The notes below the pieces were generated by a model that saw only the letters and a program-made list of their open reading frames with translations, searched no databases and was not told the origin of the DNA. A stretch of DNA of 63,113 nt, the filler included, from Olpidium bornovanus S191 (taxonomy: Eukaryota > Fungi > Olpidiomycota), in assembly GCA_017911155.1 (NCBI GenBank). It is 32 parts of 32 records of this genome, joined end to end, with 100 filler letters (N's around TTAATTAATTAA, not from the genome) between each part and the next. Parts side by side here need not be neighbours in the genome. Positions count along the whole stretch, not along the records: positions 11,046 to 12,317 come from JAEFCI010010842.1; positions 12,418 to 14,909 come from JAEFCI010013127.1; positions 15,010 to 17,782 come from JAEFCI010012457.1; positions 17,883 to 19,704 come from JAEFCI010004030.1; positions 19,805 to 20,896 come from JAEFCI010009270.1; positions 20,997 to 22,237 come from JAEFCI010000736.1; positions 22,338 to 23,537 come from JAEFCI010002345.1; 25 more parts are not named here. The stretch is one strand, 5' to 3'. The first letter of the stretch is position 1. Each line of letters starts with the position of its first letter. Both the position numbers and the translations under genes were made by a program. Below are positions 11,046 to 22,699 of the stretch, piece after piece.

Positions 11046-12162
11046 CCATGCCGGCCACGTCCTTGAACCGGGTGACAACGACTGACTCCTTGTTGAATAG
11101 TCTGGCTTTCGACTTTCCGACCCCAAAGATGCCTCCCGGGCCGACGCCACCGCCTCCTGCCCACTTGGCACCAGACATCGAAAGCAACAGCAGCCCAACC
11201 AGCAGCAGAGTCGGCCCAAGCTGCACCAGCAGGCTGGCGTTGCTGATCTTTTCAGTGTAGGCTACGGGGATCTTCTGCTCGGGTGGGATGCCGAGCTCGT
11301 CCTGGGCGGCATCCAGGTTCTTTTCGAACAGGTCAACGGACCCAATGTTAAAAGATAGCTCCGGGTACGAGTATCGCGGCACGGAAACAGAGCCTTTGGG
11401 AACCCGGTAGCCCTCACGGCGGAGGTAGACGAGGACTTTGGACCTGTTTATGACCTCCAACCGCTCGACCAAACCCTTCTCGAGGTATTGCGAAAGAAAC
11501 TCCTGCCAGGTAATTTCCGGCAACAAGAAGTTCCCGGAAGAAACACCGGACAGCAAGTAAAGAATCACGCCCGACACGACGAGCTGCACAAGCGGAAAGC
11601 CGGGCCCGCCGCCCTTCTTGCCGTCCACGTCGGCCTTGCCCAGAACGCGCTTGTTGAACTCGTCCTTCAGTTTCTTGCGGTCGGCCTCGGTCCCGCGCTT
11701 CGTCCCGGGCTTCTCCCTGACGTCCGGGGGCTGGAAAGGCTTAAGGACGCGTTCGTTCAGCGCGCGCTGGAGTTCTTCCCAGGTCCACTCGGGCACGTCG
11801 TCGGCGTTCTTTCTTCTCGCCGGCTTCGACCGCGCCTCCGGGCCGTCCGTTTCCCGATCCGGACCGTCGGACTTTTCTTTCCGGGAGGGATCGGAGCCCT
11901 TGTCGCCGGTCGCGCCGCCGCCGCTCCGCTCGGTGGCGTACGTCCGGCCGAAGAACGGCGCCAAGCTTCGACACGCGTTCCACCGGGCCGCAGCGGCCCG
12001 CCGGGCAGCGGACGCCGGGCCGGGCGGCCGCGGGCGGGGACGGACTCGGCAGCAGGCGAGGTTCCGGGGGCGGATGCAGCGGACAGCGGGTCCCCCGGCG
12101 GCAACGGCTGCGGCCACCGCGGCGGCGAGGGCCGAGGAGCGCGGCGGCACGCCGGCGCGCAT
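11046..12162 (-). CDS. Mitochondrial m-AAA protease subunit, Afg3/Yta12 family, N-terminal part (3' partial)
   Basis: Arg/Ala-rich presequence, TM1, ITWQEFLSQYLEKGLVERLEV..FNIGSVDLFEKNLDAAQDELGI, TM2, then GGIFGVGKSKARLFNKE..FKDVAGM leading into the AAA domain. I cannot separate AFG3 from YTA12. Confidence 0.92.
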
Positions 12163-12245
12163 TTTCGTCTATCGTCGTGGGGGAGCCCGTGTTCGGGAGG
12201 GGATGCTCGCGCGCCGGCTCCAACTGGGGGGGCGGGAGAGACCCG

Positions 12246-12316
<71 letters not shown>

Positions 12317-12466
12317 GNNNNNNNNNNNNNNNNNNNNNNNNNNNNNNNNNNNNNNNNNNNNTTAATTAATTAANNNNNNNNNNNNNNNNNNNNNNNNNNN
12401 NNNNNNNNNNNNNNNNNCATGGGAAAAAGAAAGGCGAAAATTACGTTTCATAATCTGAACGATGCA

Positions 12467-14217
12467 TCATCCAGGGCCCGGCACGTGCGCAACGGTGCCC
12501 TCCATATCAAACTCGTCTGCACTTAACCGCTCGATAAAAGAATCCAGTTTCCCTAATAAAGAGAACAGTTCCGAACACAATCGCGGCGAGATGGCGAGGA
12601 GGCACGTATGTGAGCGAACCGCAAAAAAAAAGAAAAAAACAAAAAAGGAAATCAGCGGCAACAGCCAAAAAGACGTTGAAAAGGGCAGCGACGGAGGTTG
12701 AGAACGTCAGCGGCGAAGTAACCCTCACCGTTGAGATCTGAACATTTCTCGTCTTTGCTCTCTTTCCCGCACCTGCTGTTTGCAAAAATGTCCGCGGCGG
12801 ATGGCTGCAGTGGTGGAACAGCATCGAAACTAACCAGCGGTTTCACGCTATTCTGGCGAACAAGCTCCAAAATCCGGCGAGCCAAACCGAAAGGGAAAGT
12901 GCCAAAAGAATCTTAGAACGCGAGCCTTCAACTTCTCCCTGGGAAGAGCCCGAATCCCGCTTAATGCTCACCTCGTGGAGAATAACCCAAAAATTCTCTA
13001 ACGTTCTCTGGCGGTCGAACAGCCTCCCGGACTTCTTCCTACGCTTCGCTTCCGCCCACTCGCACCACAGTTCCGCGCAGCGGTCGCCTACCGCCGCCCG
13101 AATGTCGCGCTCCACGCGCGCAAGATTTGCGGCCTCGGTCTCGACAAACCTGCGGGCCGACACCAGATCGCGGAACCGGACGTCTTCAAGGTGCTCCTCG
13201 TAATGCAGCTCCGTTAGCCGTCGCCGCCGGCGCGCGACATCGTCATCGGCATCTGTGACCTGAGCTGACGGCCGTATGCAATCCGACAAGGCCCGGTCAC
13301 TTTCTTGGAGGGACACCTGTATGCTTTCCGCACGTGAGACACTGCGCTAGCTAAAGCTGAGAATTCGGATAAGTGTCGTTGGGGTTCACCTGACTCGCAT
13401 ACAACATCTGCTCCAGCAGGTGAACATCCATGGCGTAGGACTTGACGACATCGTAGTGAACAAAAATTGGAACAAGTTTGTTCCGCGGGAGGCAAAGTAC
13501 TCGGAACACGCACAGGTGACTCGGCGCGTCACCTGCTCCGGCCACAATCAAGCCGACGGCGGGCGGGATCTGTTTTGATGCAATCGTGTTAAGGATATAG
13601 AGTGGATTACATGATCGGGAGACTTGCTCTCGCGCGGCCTCCATAAACAAATTTCCATTTCTTCACACTTACCGCAGTCTGCAAACACCATTGCCTTCGC
13701 AAGTCGTCCTCCGTTGGCTCCACACTCTGCCCGAGTTCGCTGATTGATTATCGGTGCCCAGAACCGCAAATGTTAGATCGAACTGACGATCACGGACACT
13801 AAACAACAGGCCGGCCGCACCTTCGGTACCAGCCGACAACCTGAGCTTCGTAGCTAGTCAACATCGCCACGGCAGAATCGAACGCCCATGGCACCTCCCT
13901 CGGGTATTTTTCGGCGAGCTCGGCTGGGTCTCTGGCGAAAACAAGACGTGGTCAGCTACACGGTCCCACGCCCCACTCCCCCTTTCGCTCAGAGTAGGTT
14001 TGGACGCGGAGTCCGAGAAAACAGCTCACCGCTCGCAGGCGATGAAGTGGCGGACCAGGATCTGCCCGCGGGGCCAGGGGTCTGGTGCACCCCGCAGTGG
14101 TACTGTTCCGCCTAGGTACCCGCACACGGACGAGTGGGCGTCCGCGTGCGCGTGCGCGAACAGCGCTGCCAGGAACGCAGTTGACATTTGAACGTCTGGC
14201 GCGACGTACGCCATCAT
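12467..14217 (-). CDS. MPN-domain protein, BRCC36/Abraxas-like, with degenerate JAMM motif and C-terminal coiled coil
   Basis: Manually spliced GT-AG exons 14217-14030, 13931-13821, 13739-13673, 13569-13390 and 13316-12972, plus probable small 3' exons down to 12467. Product: DVQMSTAFLAALFAHAHADAHSSVCGYLGG..ILVRHFIACER|DPAELAEKYP..QVVGWYR|SELGQSVEPTEDDLRRQWCLQTA|IPPAVGLIV.., which aligns to the MPN fold. Confidence 0.72.
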
Positions 14218-15071
14218 GGATATCTTTTCCCTAAAAGGAGCAAAGGCGGAAGGGAGGGGGAAAAGCAGTGAGAGGGCACGCCGCCAGTGTCGCGCAAGGT
14301 TCGGTCGATCGCGGCCGCCTCAAACGCCTTCCGCTGCACGATCGCGGTCCCGCAGCGAACGGAAGCCCGTTCCGCTTCACGTCTTCCACGCCGGTTGAGG
14401 ACGAACGTGTCGCCAGAGGGTTTCCCTTACTCGAACGAGGCCATGTTTCGCGGCGCCCGCGAGATCCTGGTTCCTTTGGTGTTGACGGGAGGCTTCGGAG
14501 CAGGAGGAGAGACGAGGCGAAGGGGCCGGCGAAGGGGTAGCGAAACTGTTGTGCGGGACAAGGAAAAAAAAAATAATTTGATGTGCGGGAAAATGACACA
14601 TGCACGCATCCATTATCAGCACTGCCGCGCTTCCCGATGTCGATCCACCCCACCAGCGCGCACAGCGGGGATATAGCAAGGTTGAATCGTCCTTCGTGCG
14701 CCGCAGGTTGCAGCATGATCAGCTCCGGTTTAATATGGTCTGGTCTCGATGACTGCGTACGAAAGGCAAGATTCTCGATGATGTTTTCCCATGGCCCCGG
14801 CGAACAGCTTGTTAAAGGAGGTCGTAGACCCGTTGGAGTCATTGCATCTCGCAAAATACTGGAATGGCAAACCGCCAGGTAATCTTGGACGCTCCGGTAT
14901 GTATTATGCNNNNNNNNNNNNNNNNNNNNNNNNNNNNNNNNNNNNNNNNNNNNTTAATTAATTAANNNNNNNNNNNNNNNNNNNNNNNNNNNNNNNNNNN
15001 NNNNNNNNNGAGGTGGGCGACGGGCGCGAGAAGAGACAGCACGAAGAGGGTGTGGGAAGAAAAGGAGGAGA

Positions 15072-15112
<41 letters not shown>

Positions 15113-15365
15113 CGGGAGGGGGAGGAGGAGGACGGAAAGCAGAAACGCGGGCGAGGGTGGATATGGAACCATCAGAGCAGAACAAGCGGTGAAGAAGTGG
15201 CCGGCGATGAAGGCTATATTCCCGGAGCTGCACGAGAGAAAAAGCACGCACGCGCATGGATAAAAAGGAAAGGAAACACGTATGCCGCGTTTTTTTCCCC
15301 AACAAACGCTTGTGCCCCTCGTGGCTACGGCGTTTGGTCTCTCCTGCGACGATTCCTTCTCGTGA

Positions 15366-16707
15366 TCAATCTAGCCGCGTAAAAGACCTGCCCCCCTTGT
15401 GATCGTCTAACTTGGGATTGTTCTTGGCCAGAATCGCACGACCCTCCGTCTTGTACTCAAAATCGCAATCGTGCTGGTCCGGGTGCCGGTGAGAGTTGCA
15501 GAAAACGTACTCGCACCGGCACTGGTTTGTGATTTGCATCGCAAGTGGTATCTGTCCGAAACCGACCGATGTAAAAAAGGAATGATGAGTTTCACGTTCT
15601 GCTGGTAATTTGTTTCCCGGGTCCGGTTCTCCCCGGCCTCTCGTTGTATCACACACTCTCTCTATCTCTCTCTCTCTCTATCCCCTTCTCTCTCTCTCTC
15701 TCGCTCTCGCGCTCGCTACTTCTCTTCCTTCGCTGTGCTGTCCGTCGCTACGGCACGTTTCTCAGGATCCCAAACAAGACGACATCCGCAATCGCTTGCA
15801 ATCCAACTGCGAAAGAAGAGAATCTAGACATTTACCTTTGCCCGACACAGGAAGCATTTGCTCTTGGTCTTCTGCACGGGACGCGCTGGCGGCTCGGGCG
15901 CCGGCAAGGCGGTTGTGAAAGTCGTCGCAGGCCGGCCGGAATCCGCGGCCGGGGCCCACGGCAGTGCCGGTGCGGGCGGCGCGTCCGGCGGCGGGGTCGG
16001 CTTTGCCGCCGCGGGCAGAATCGCCGCCACGCCTGGGTCCGAGGCCTGCTCAGGTATCGCTGCGGCGCCGCCGGCCGACCCCGACCCCGCCGCCGCCGCC
16101 GCCGCCGCCGTCAACAGCGTCGCTCCGGCGGTCGGTTTCGCGGACAAGAGCGTCGGCGACAGCAGCTGCGTGACCGCCTGCTCGATAGCCTGCGGAGTCG
16201 CCGGCGCAAGCAGCTTCTGCGGTGCGGCGCCGACGGGCGACGGGGAAGACGCCGACGCGGCGACGGCCCCGGAGGGGGACGAGACGACGACGCCGGGTGA
16301 CGTGGTCTCAAGCTTTTCGCGCATCATGTTCGCCTTGTCCGCCTGTTCCCGCTGGCGGTAGCACTGCGAGCAGTAGTTTTCGAACGTCGGGTTCTGGGAG
16401 AGGGGAGGCGGGTTGAGCGTTTGGAACGTCCGACGGCGGCCCGAGCTCCAACCTCGCGCGGCAGCAAGTCGGAGAGCGCAAACGAACGGGACGGACGGAC
16501 GAGATGCAGGAGCGTTCGCGGCTTACCCCAAAAAACCCGCAGCCCATTGGGCACTGTTGCGAAAAGCGGAGTGGTTAGTCAGCGCCGGCGATCACCCTAT
16601 GCCTCCGCACGCCTTTGCCCTGTCCGACGCGCGTAGGCCCCCCTCAGCATGCTCACCAGCACTGGGATCGACTGGCCGTCCGAGCTCTGGTTCTTCGTGG
16701 CTTCCAT
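15366..16707 (-). CDS. A20/AN1 zinc-finger protein (ZFAND5/6-like)
   Basis: ATG at 16707. Spliced A20 finger IPVL|CPMGCGFFG|..NPTFENYCSQCYR, Ala/Pro linker, then AN1 finger KCFLCRAKV..CRCEYVFCNSHRHPDQHDCDFEYKTEGRAILAKNNP. Confidence 0.9.
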
Positions 16708-17499
16708 TCCCGTACTAGATTTCCCGCCGAAAGGGAAAAGTCTGCGCAAAGGGGGCAAGGGAACCGCCCTTGTCAAACCTTTTAATTTTTTTTAAGGGGG
16801 AGGCGGAGTTGGAGGTGGGGGGGGTGGGAGGTTTAGTCCGGGAAAAGGATTTGGAGCGGTTTGAAGAGCGGGCGGGCCGGGGGCGGTTGAGGCGGAAGGG
16901 GAAGCGGCGGCGGTGCGCGAAAGGGCGGCGGGGTCCAAACCGGAAGGCCCCGCCGGAAAACAGACGGCGCCGGGAGGAGGGGAGGTCGGGACCGGCGTCC
17001 AAGCGGAGAGAAAGCGAACGAAAGAGAGAGCGGGGAGAGAGCAGGCGGAGCCGGCAGCGAGCGCCGGGCAGGAGGCTGTTTCCCGCGGCTGAACCGGCTG
17101 CGGCGCGGATCGGCGGCAGCCTGTTCGTCTGGCCGGCGCCGGGCGGCCGTCCCGGACTGCGGAAGTCCCGAAGGCAGCTGCTACCCGCCGCGACGGACAC
17201 GGCGGCGGAAGATGATAAAAAAGAAAAGGACAACTGCGGGCGGGGGGGGGGGGGCATACTTACGGAGAAAGACGTCGGGACTTGGTCTCCAGCCCGCGGG
17301 CGGCACCACAAGGGGAGGGGGGGGAGAGAACGGGCCCGGACGCTTTGCTCTGCAGTGGGCCGGATCAGGAGCCGCAAGCAGCCGGGAGGGGCGGACCTCG
17401 TTTTCTCCCGCCCCGCCGGCCCCCTCCCCCTCTGTCTTTTTTCCTTTGGATTGTTCTTCTTCTTCGTTTCCTCCCGGCAGAGAGCAGCAGCAATCCGGC

Positions 17500-17533
<34 letters not shown>

Positions 17534-17697
17534 GGGTGCGGGCGGCGGTGCGGGTGCGGGCGGAGGTGCGAACGGCCGCGTGCCGCTTCCTTCCTTCCTT
17601 TTTTTTTTTTTTTTTTTTTTTGGAGAAAAGGGCGGGCGGCGGCGGGGTTTTTCGTGTTATGAGCGGCCCACCTTTCCCTCGGGTCCCTCTCCGCCGG

Positions 17698-17745
<48 letters not shown>

Positions 17746-18615
17746 GCGAGGAAAAGAAAAGCGCGGCACCCCCCCCTTCGGANNNNNNNNNNNNNNNNNN
17801 NNNNNNNNNNNNNNNNNNNNNNNNNNTTAATTAATTAANNNNNNNNNNNNNNNNNNNNNNNNNNNNNNNNNNNNNNNNNNNNCGATCCGTCCGCCGCTGA
17901 CACCACCGGTTGTAAAATCTGTCGGAAGTGGCGGTTCAGAGATTAAGGGCTTTTAGACTCGAGTCGTTTAAAACCTTGGACGGGGGGGGGGGGGGGGGGG
18001 GGCCCGCCCCCCCCCCCCCCCCCCCCCCCCCCCCTTCCCCCCAACCAAAAACCATGTAAGGGTTCTATGACTCCACACTAGAATCATTGAACCTAAATTT
18101 ACAGTCTCGTGCACCTCACAGGATACACAAGAACGAGAGTCAAACTCTCCCCAGGAGACCAATTTTCGTCCGAATTTGGAGATTCTCGCTAGATGTTTCG
18201 CCGGACCAAAAACGACATGTTTTCGACTAGCCTAAACAATCGATAAAAATCTCGAAAACAGAGATAATACGGGGAATTAGAAGGTCAAGCAGGTGAGCAA
18301 GCAGGCGGGAAACTCTGCAGAGAAATCCAGAAGTCTCCAGCTTGCTTGGGAGCGGAGTTTCCTGCATTGCAGAGGCAAAGCCGGGTTTCCTGCAGAGGTA
18401 AAAACATGGCGACTGACTTTGAACATCGACTGGTCCTCACAAAGACACCAGACAAAAACGGTTCCAGGCCAGTTTGAACATCTTCCAAAGGCTACAAAAC
18501 CCCTTTAAGACCACTCAGATCCGCCGGTCCTTGCTGAGAGGTAAGCATGCGCCGGGCGCGGAGGGCGAGGAGAGGAGCACGGTGAGCAAGGAGGGAAGAG
18601 CGGGAAGCGGAGAGC

Positions 18616-19704
18616 ATGGCGCCGATGGCAAAGAGAAAAGCGCGAGAGGCGGAGAGCGGGGCGTGGGGAGCGAGGAGGGGAGGGCGGGGAGCGAGGACGG
18701 GAGGGGGCGAAGCGGAGAGCATGGCGCGGATGCCGCGGAGAGGAGCGCGGGATGCGGAGAGCAGGCCGGGACTGCCATGGCCGACGGCCGCCGAGACCGC
18801 CGAGACCGCCGGGGCCGCCGGGGCCGCCGGGGCCGCTGCCGTGATCGTGGCCTTTGGCAGCCTCCGGCTTGCGCAAAAGCAGGCCACCGTGCTACGAGAA
18901 AAGTCGCCTGATTCGTCGCCAGTCTTCACCTGGCAGATTGGCACGAAGGTCATGCGCGCCGGCGGCGCGCACGACGGCGCGCACGACGCGCCGCGGCCTT
19001 CAGAGGCAAAAGCATTCTTCGCCGGGACGGTGGAGGACGCGGCGCGTCGCCTCGACAGATGGGATGAAGACCTATGCGAGATTATGCTGACGACGGCGCC
19101 GCTCCCGTTCGTGCTTGATGTCGAGTGGTACTACGCGCCGGGGAACAGATGCGTTGCGACGTTTCCGCCCGGAAACGTCCCGCTGGTCTGCTAACGTTTC
19201 AGGGCGTAAACGTCGCGGGGTAGGCAAAGCAACGAGGAGCGGCGAGCGGTTGCCCTGGAATTCGCCGCCGAGTTAGTCCGCGCGCTAGTCGATTTCCTTG
19301 ATCAAGTCATCGACTACGCCCTGTATCCACTTAGACGTGTGAGAGCGGACGATATCTGCGTCGAGGAGAGTATGGCTGTCCGCGGGGAAATCAAAAAGGC
19401 CGGCTTCCACCTGAAGTGCTTTTCATTTTGGTTCCGGAGCCTGCGCCTCCATCAACGCGCATTTGTCGAGGTGTTCGTCGGCTGGCTCCAACACCACAGG
19501 TTAACGTACAACATTTGCGAGGAATTCTTTGTGCCGATGCGTGATTCCGAAGTTCATTTGACGTTTGCTCGCCGGACGCCGATGACTGACGAACGTTTCC
19601 GCCCGGAAACGTGACGCCAGGGGCAGTGACGAGAGCCCTGGGCCGAGCGGTAGACGACGCCGGCGATCCTCTCGCGATGGCCGTGGCACCGCGCGATAGC
19701 ATGC
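18616..19704 (+). CDS. Divergent archaeo-eukaryotic primase (PrimPol-like) catalytic domain (3' partial; splicing inferred)
   Basis: PVFTWQI..KAFFAGTVEDA..LCEIMLTTAPLPFVLDVEW resembles PrimPol HVFALE..RIYLVTTYAEF..CYEVIP..KLYFDLEF (motif I DxE at 19117-19125). Same-frame downstream KKAGFHLK resembles motif II SxH. Requires putative intron 19128-19223 and probably 19541-19620. Confidence 0.6.
19159..19612. repeat. Identical 20-nt hairpin ACGTTTCC-GCCC-GGAAACGT, two copies
   Basis: Exact copies at 19159-19178 and 19593-19612; 8-bp stem, 4-nt loop. Confidence 0.97.
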
Positions 19705-19933
19705 NNNNNNNNNNNNNNNNNNNNNNNNNNNNNNNNNNNNNNNNNNNNTTAATTAATTAANNNNNNNNNNNNNNNNNNNNNNNNNNNNNNNNNNNNNNNN
19801 NNNNCCCACGCCCCGACTTTGAGCGCCATCGACTGGCCATCGGGGTCGCCCCCGCACCATACAACAAGACCACGTGAGGCTCCGTCGTCGACGAGGTTCC
19901 GTCATGCGAGACACGAGCCGGAGCACCAAACTG

Positions 19934-19965
<32 letters not shown>

Positions 19966-20305
19966 CCCTTCCTCCTTTTCTTTGTTAAACATGATACGAA
20001 CCGAAAGTACTGCAGAAATTCCCACAATTTCTTCTCCCCTTTCTTTTACCGCCGAATCCCACTCCTTTTTCCCTTTTTGCTTGAGACATCTTTTCTCCCT
20101 TCCTGTTCTGTGGACTCGGACTTGCGGGGGGGTGTTGGTACTCAAGCCCTCACTGCCCTCAAAGTAGTTACCGCCCGAAACCCCCAAAATAAACCAAACA
20201 CAACATAATCAAACCACAGGAGCGGGTACGCGTAGTTGCGGATACGCATGGTGTGTGGCCACACGGGCGCGCGCTGTGCGTGTGAGCGCGCACGTTATGT
20301 GGACG

Positions 20306-20458
20306 CCTGCGTCGTGTGGGCTCCAGGGGGGCGCCCAATCGTGTGGGCTCCAGGGGGGGTGCCCACACTCTGGTGGGGGCGCACACTCTGGTGTGGCCTC
20401 GGGGTGCCCACACTCTGGTGGGGGCGCACACTCTGGTGTGGCCTCGGTCACGTGACCG
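20306..20458. repeat. Minisatellite cluster ending in a 14-bp palindrome
   Basis: GTGTGGGCTCCAGGGGG x2; 45-bp unit x2 (20356-20400, 20401-20445) built from CACACTCTGGTG subunits; palindrome CGGTCACGTGACCG at 20445-20458. Confidence 0.9.
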
Positions 20459-20763
20459 GACGCACACACGCAACATGTGCGGTGTGGATGGTCCGATATC
20501 CGGTTGTGAAGGCGAGTTGTGTGCTAGCCGATATCGCCATATCGGGACACCCCCCCCACTTTTCCGAACGAAAAGTTGTAGGCGGAGTGGAAAGGGAAGG
20601 GAGGAACGAAAAAAAAAATAATACGCGCAAAAAGCGTGCGGAAGCGGAGTGTGCGCGGACGCCAAAGCCAAAACAAACTTGCTCCAGCAGACGTATAAAA
20701 AGGGGCCTGCGCCCCGGCGCTCGGACACCGCGTCCCTCAGTCCTAAAGGGCGGGAAGACGGAA

Positions 20764-20874
20764 ATGGTGGTCGGAGCAGTGGACGGCGCCGTTGCCGCCG
20801 TACGCGGGTACTGGGACTTGGCTGAGGACTGGAAGGCGGATAACACGCGCCGGGGGCTCCGAGCGAAGCTAGAG
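20764..20874 (+). CDS. Putative first exon of an unidentified gene (speculatively a patatin/TGL-type lipase N-terminus)
   Basis: TATAAAA at about 20694, ATG at 20764, 37 codons MVVGAVDG..YWDLAEDWKADNTRRGLRAKLE, then donor GTGCGG at 20875. Confidence 0.35.
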
Positions 20875-21203
20875 GTGCGGCCGCATCGTCCGTCCGNNNN
20901 NNNNNNNNNNNNNNNNNNNNNNNNNNNNNNNNNNNNNNNNTTAATTAATTAANNNNNNNNNNNNNNNNNNNNNNNNNNNNNNNNNNNNNNNNNNNNCCCC
21001 CCCCCGGCCCCCTTCAGCCCCGTCGCAGGCCTCTCGCGACGCGAACCGGCCCGCCCGCCCGAAATAGAATCGAAAATCCAAAGCAAACAAAAAAAAACTT
21101 GCAACGCGACTCTCTTCATTCCGGCTGCTCTTCTTGCTCTTCTTTGACCTCCGGCCGCAAACCGGCGAAAAAAAACATTGTGTCGCGGCGCGCTCTCCCT
21201 CGC

Positions 21204-21250
<47 letters not shown>

Positions 21251-21680
21251 CTCTCTCTTTTTCTCTCTTGTTCCATTTCTATACATCCCTCAACAAGCTT
21301 TCGCGGACGCGGCCAGGAGCGTCGACGGCGGGGCCACCTGGAACTCCGCTCCGATTGCCTGAGGTACGTCCGCTGCCAGCCCCTTCTCCTCCTCTCCCAA
21401 ACACTTCCTTACCCCGTGCGGTCCGCATAATCACGCCGCTCCCGCGTCGCCTCACGGGGATGAAAAGCATCGCGGTTTCGGGGCAGGCGCGCCCCTCGTA
21501 CCGAACCCTTTTTTTTTTTTTTTTTACCCATCCGCCAAGTCCCCGCTGCCTCCGCCCGCTTTTGGGGCCAAAGAGATCAAAATATTTTGAAAAAAAAATA
21601 AGGCAAAAATAACGTCCGGGGTGCCGGCCACAAGTGTCCTCCGCACAGGTCCTTTCCGACGCGAAGCCAAAGTTAGGGTC

Positions 21681-22237
21681 ATGTCCTACCGATCTGCCCT
21701 GTGGAGATCGGCGGGCGCCCGAGTCCAGTTCAGCCGGCTTGCCCCTCGACACTTGCCGGCGAACTCGGCCAGACATAGCGGAGCAGAAGCGGGCGCGGAG
21801 GTGGAAAGGGAAAATGCCCTTGAAGTTGCCCTCGGGAGCTCCGCCGGCACAGACGGGCCTGCGCCACCGCCCGACACCCCGGTTGCCCTCGGGAGCTCCG
21901 CCGGCACAGACGGGCCTGCGCCGGTGCCCGATACCCCGCATCGAAAAGCAAACCTTACGCGTACTTGGACTGAAACGGAAGTCAGACACTTGCTTCAGGC
22001 TCACGAGGTTAAAAAAACCGACCCGCAGGCGTTTTCGTGGGCGGATTTCGCGCAAGGGTTGGGCAGGACATCTTCGGCATGTCGCGCGAAGCTTCGAATC
22101 ATACTTGGCCCGGCGCCATGCTGGACAAATGGAGAGCTTCAGGAGCTTCAGGCCGCGTTGGCCGAACCCGCCAACCTTAGCGGAACAAAGTTGAGTTGGA
22201 TGGCGATATCGAAGGCTACAGGGAGGTCGCCTCGCGC
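21681..22237 (+). CDS. Myb/SANT-repeat protein (3' partial)
   Basis: WTETEVRHLL..FSWADFAQGLGRTSSACRAK followed by WTNGELQELQAAL..LSWMAISKATGRSP. A 57-bp (19-aa) internal duplication, VALGSSAGTDGPAP.., precedes the domain. Confidence 0.8.
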
Positions 22238-22699
22238 NNNNNNNNNNNNNNNNNNNNNNNNNNNNNNNNNNNNNNNNNNNNTTAATTAATTAANNNNNNN
22301 NNNNNNNNNNNNNNNNNNNNNNNNNNNNNNNNNNNNNCATGATCATTTGCAAATGTTACCCTTTTTTCTTTTTTTTTGAACCATCAAGTCTATTTTCGCT
22401 CTGCACTCAATTCCGTGTCCGTGTTTTTTGTTTATTCGCGAAGAGGGAGAGCGTAGGGTACAGCGGCGGGGAGGGCCCAGGAGAAGTACGCTATGCCCTC
22501 AAGTGAGTCACGTGACCCGTTTCCCGTATGTGCAACATTCCCTCGCGGTGCAAGGGCGATTGAGGGAAGGCTTGTCTAAAATCAAAAAGGAAGGGAACAT
22601 GCAAAAGGAAAGAAAAAGGAACAACAAAAGGAGAGAGGGGCACGTGGCGCTCACGCCGTGATCCTGAGTCCAGTCGCGTGGTTGTCGTGCTTTCCCTTC

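Noticed and set aside
16770-17834. Long Arg/Gly/Pro-rich ORFs here and antisense or alternate-frame ORFs over real genes (e.g. 706-1686, 11488-12369, 31180-32184, 55102-55725)
   Set aside because: Expected by-products of high GC and low stop-codon frequency; no domain signal, and they often run through homopolymers.
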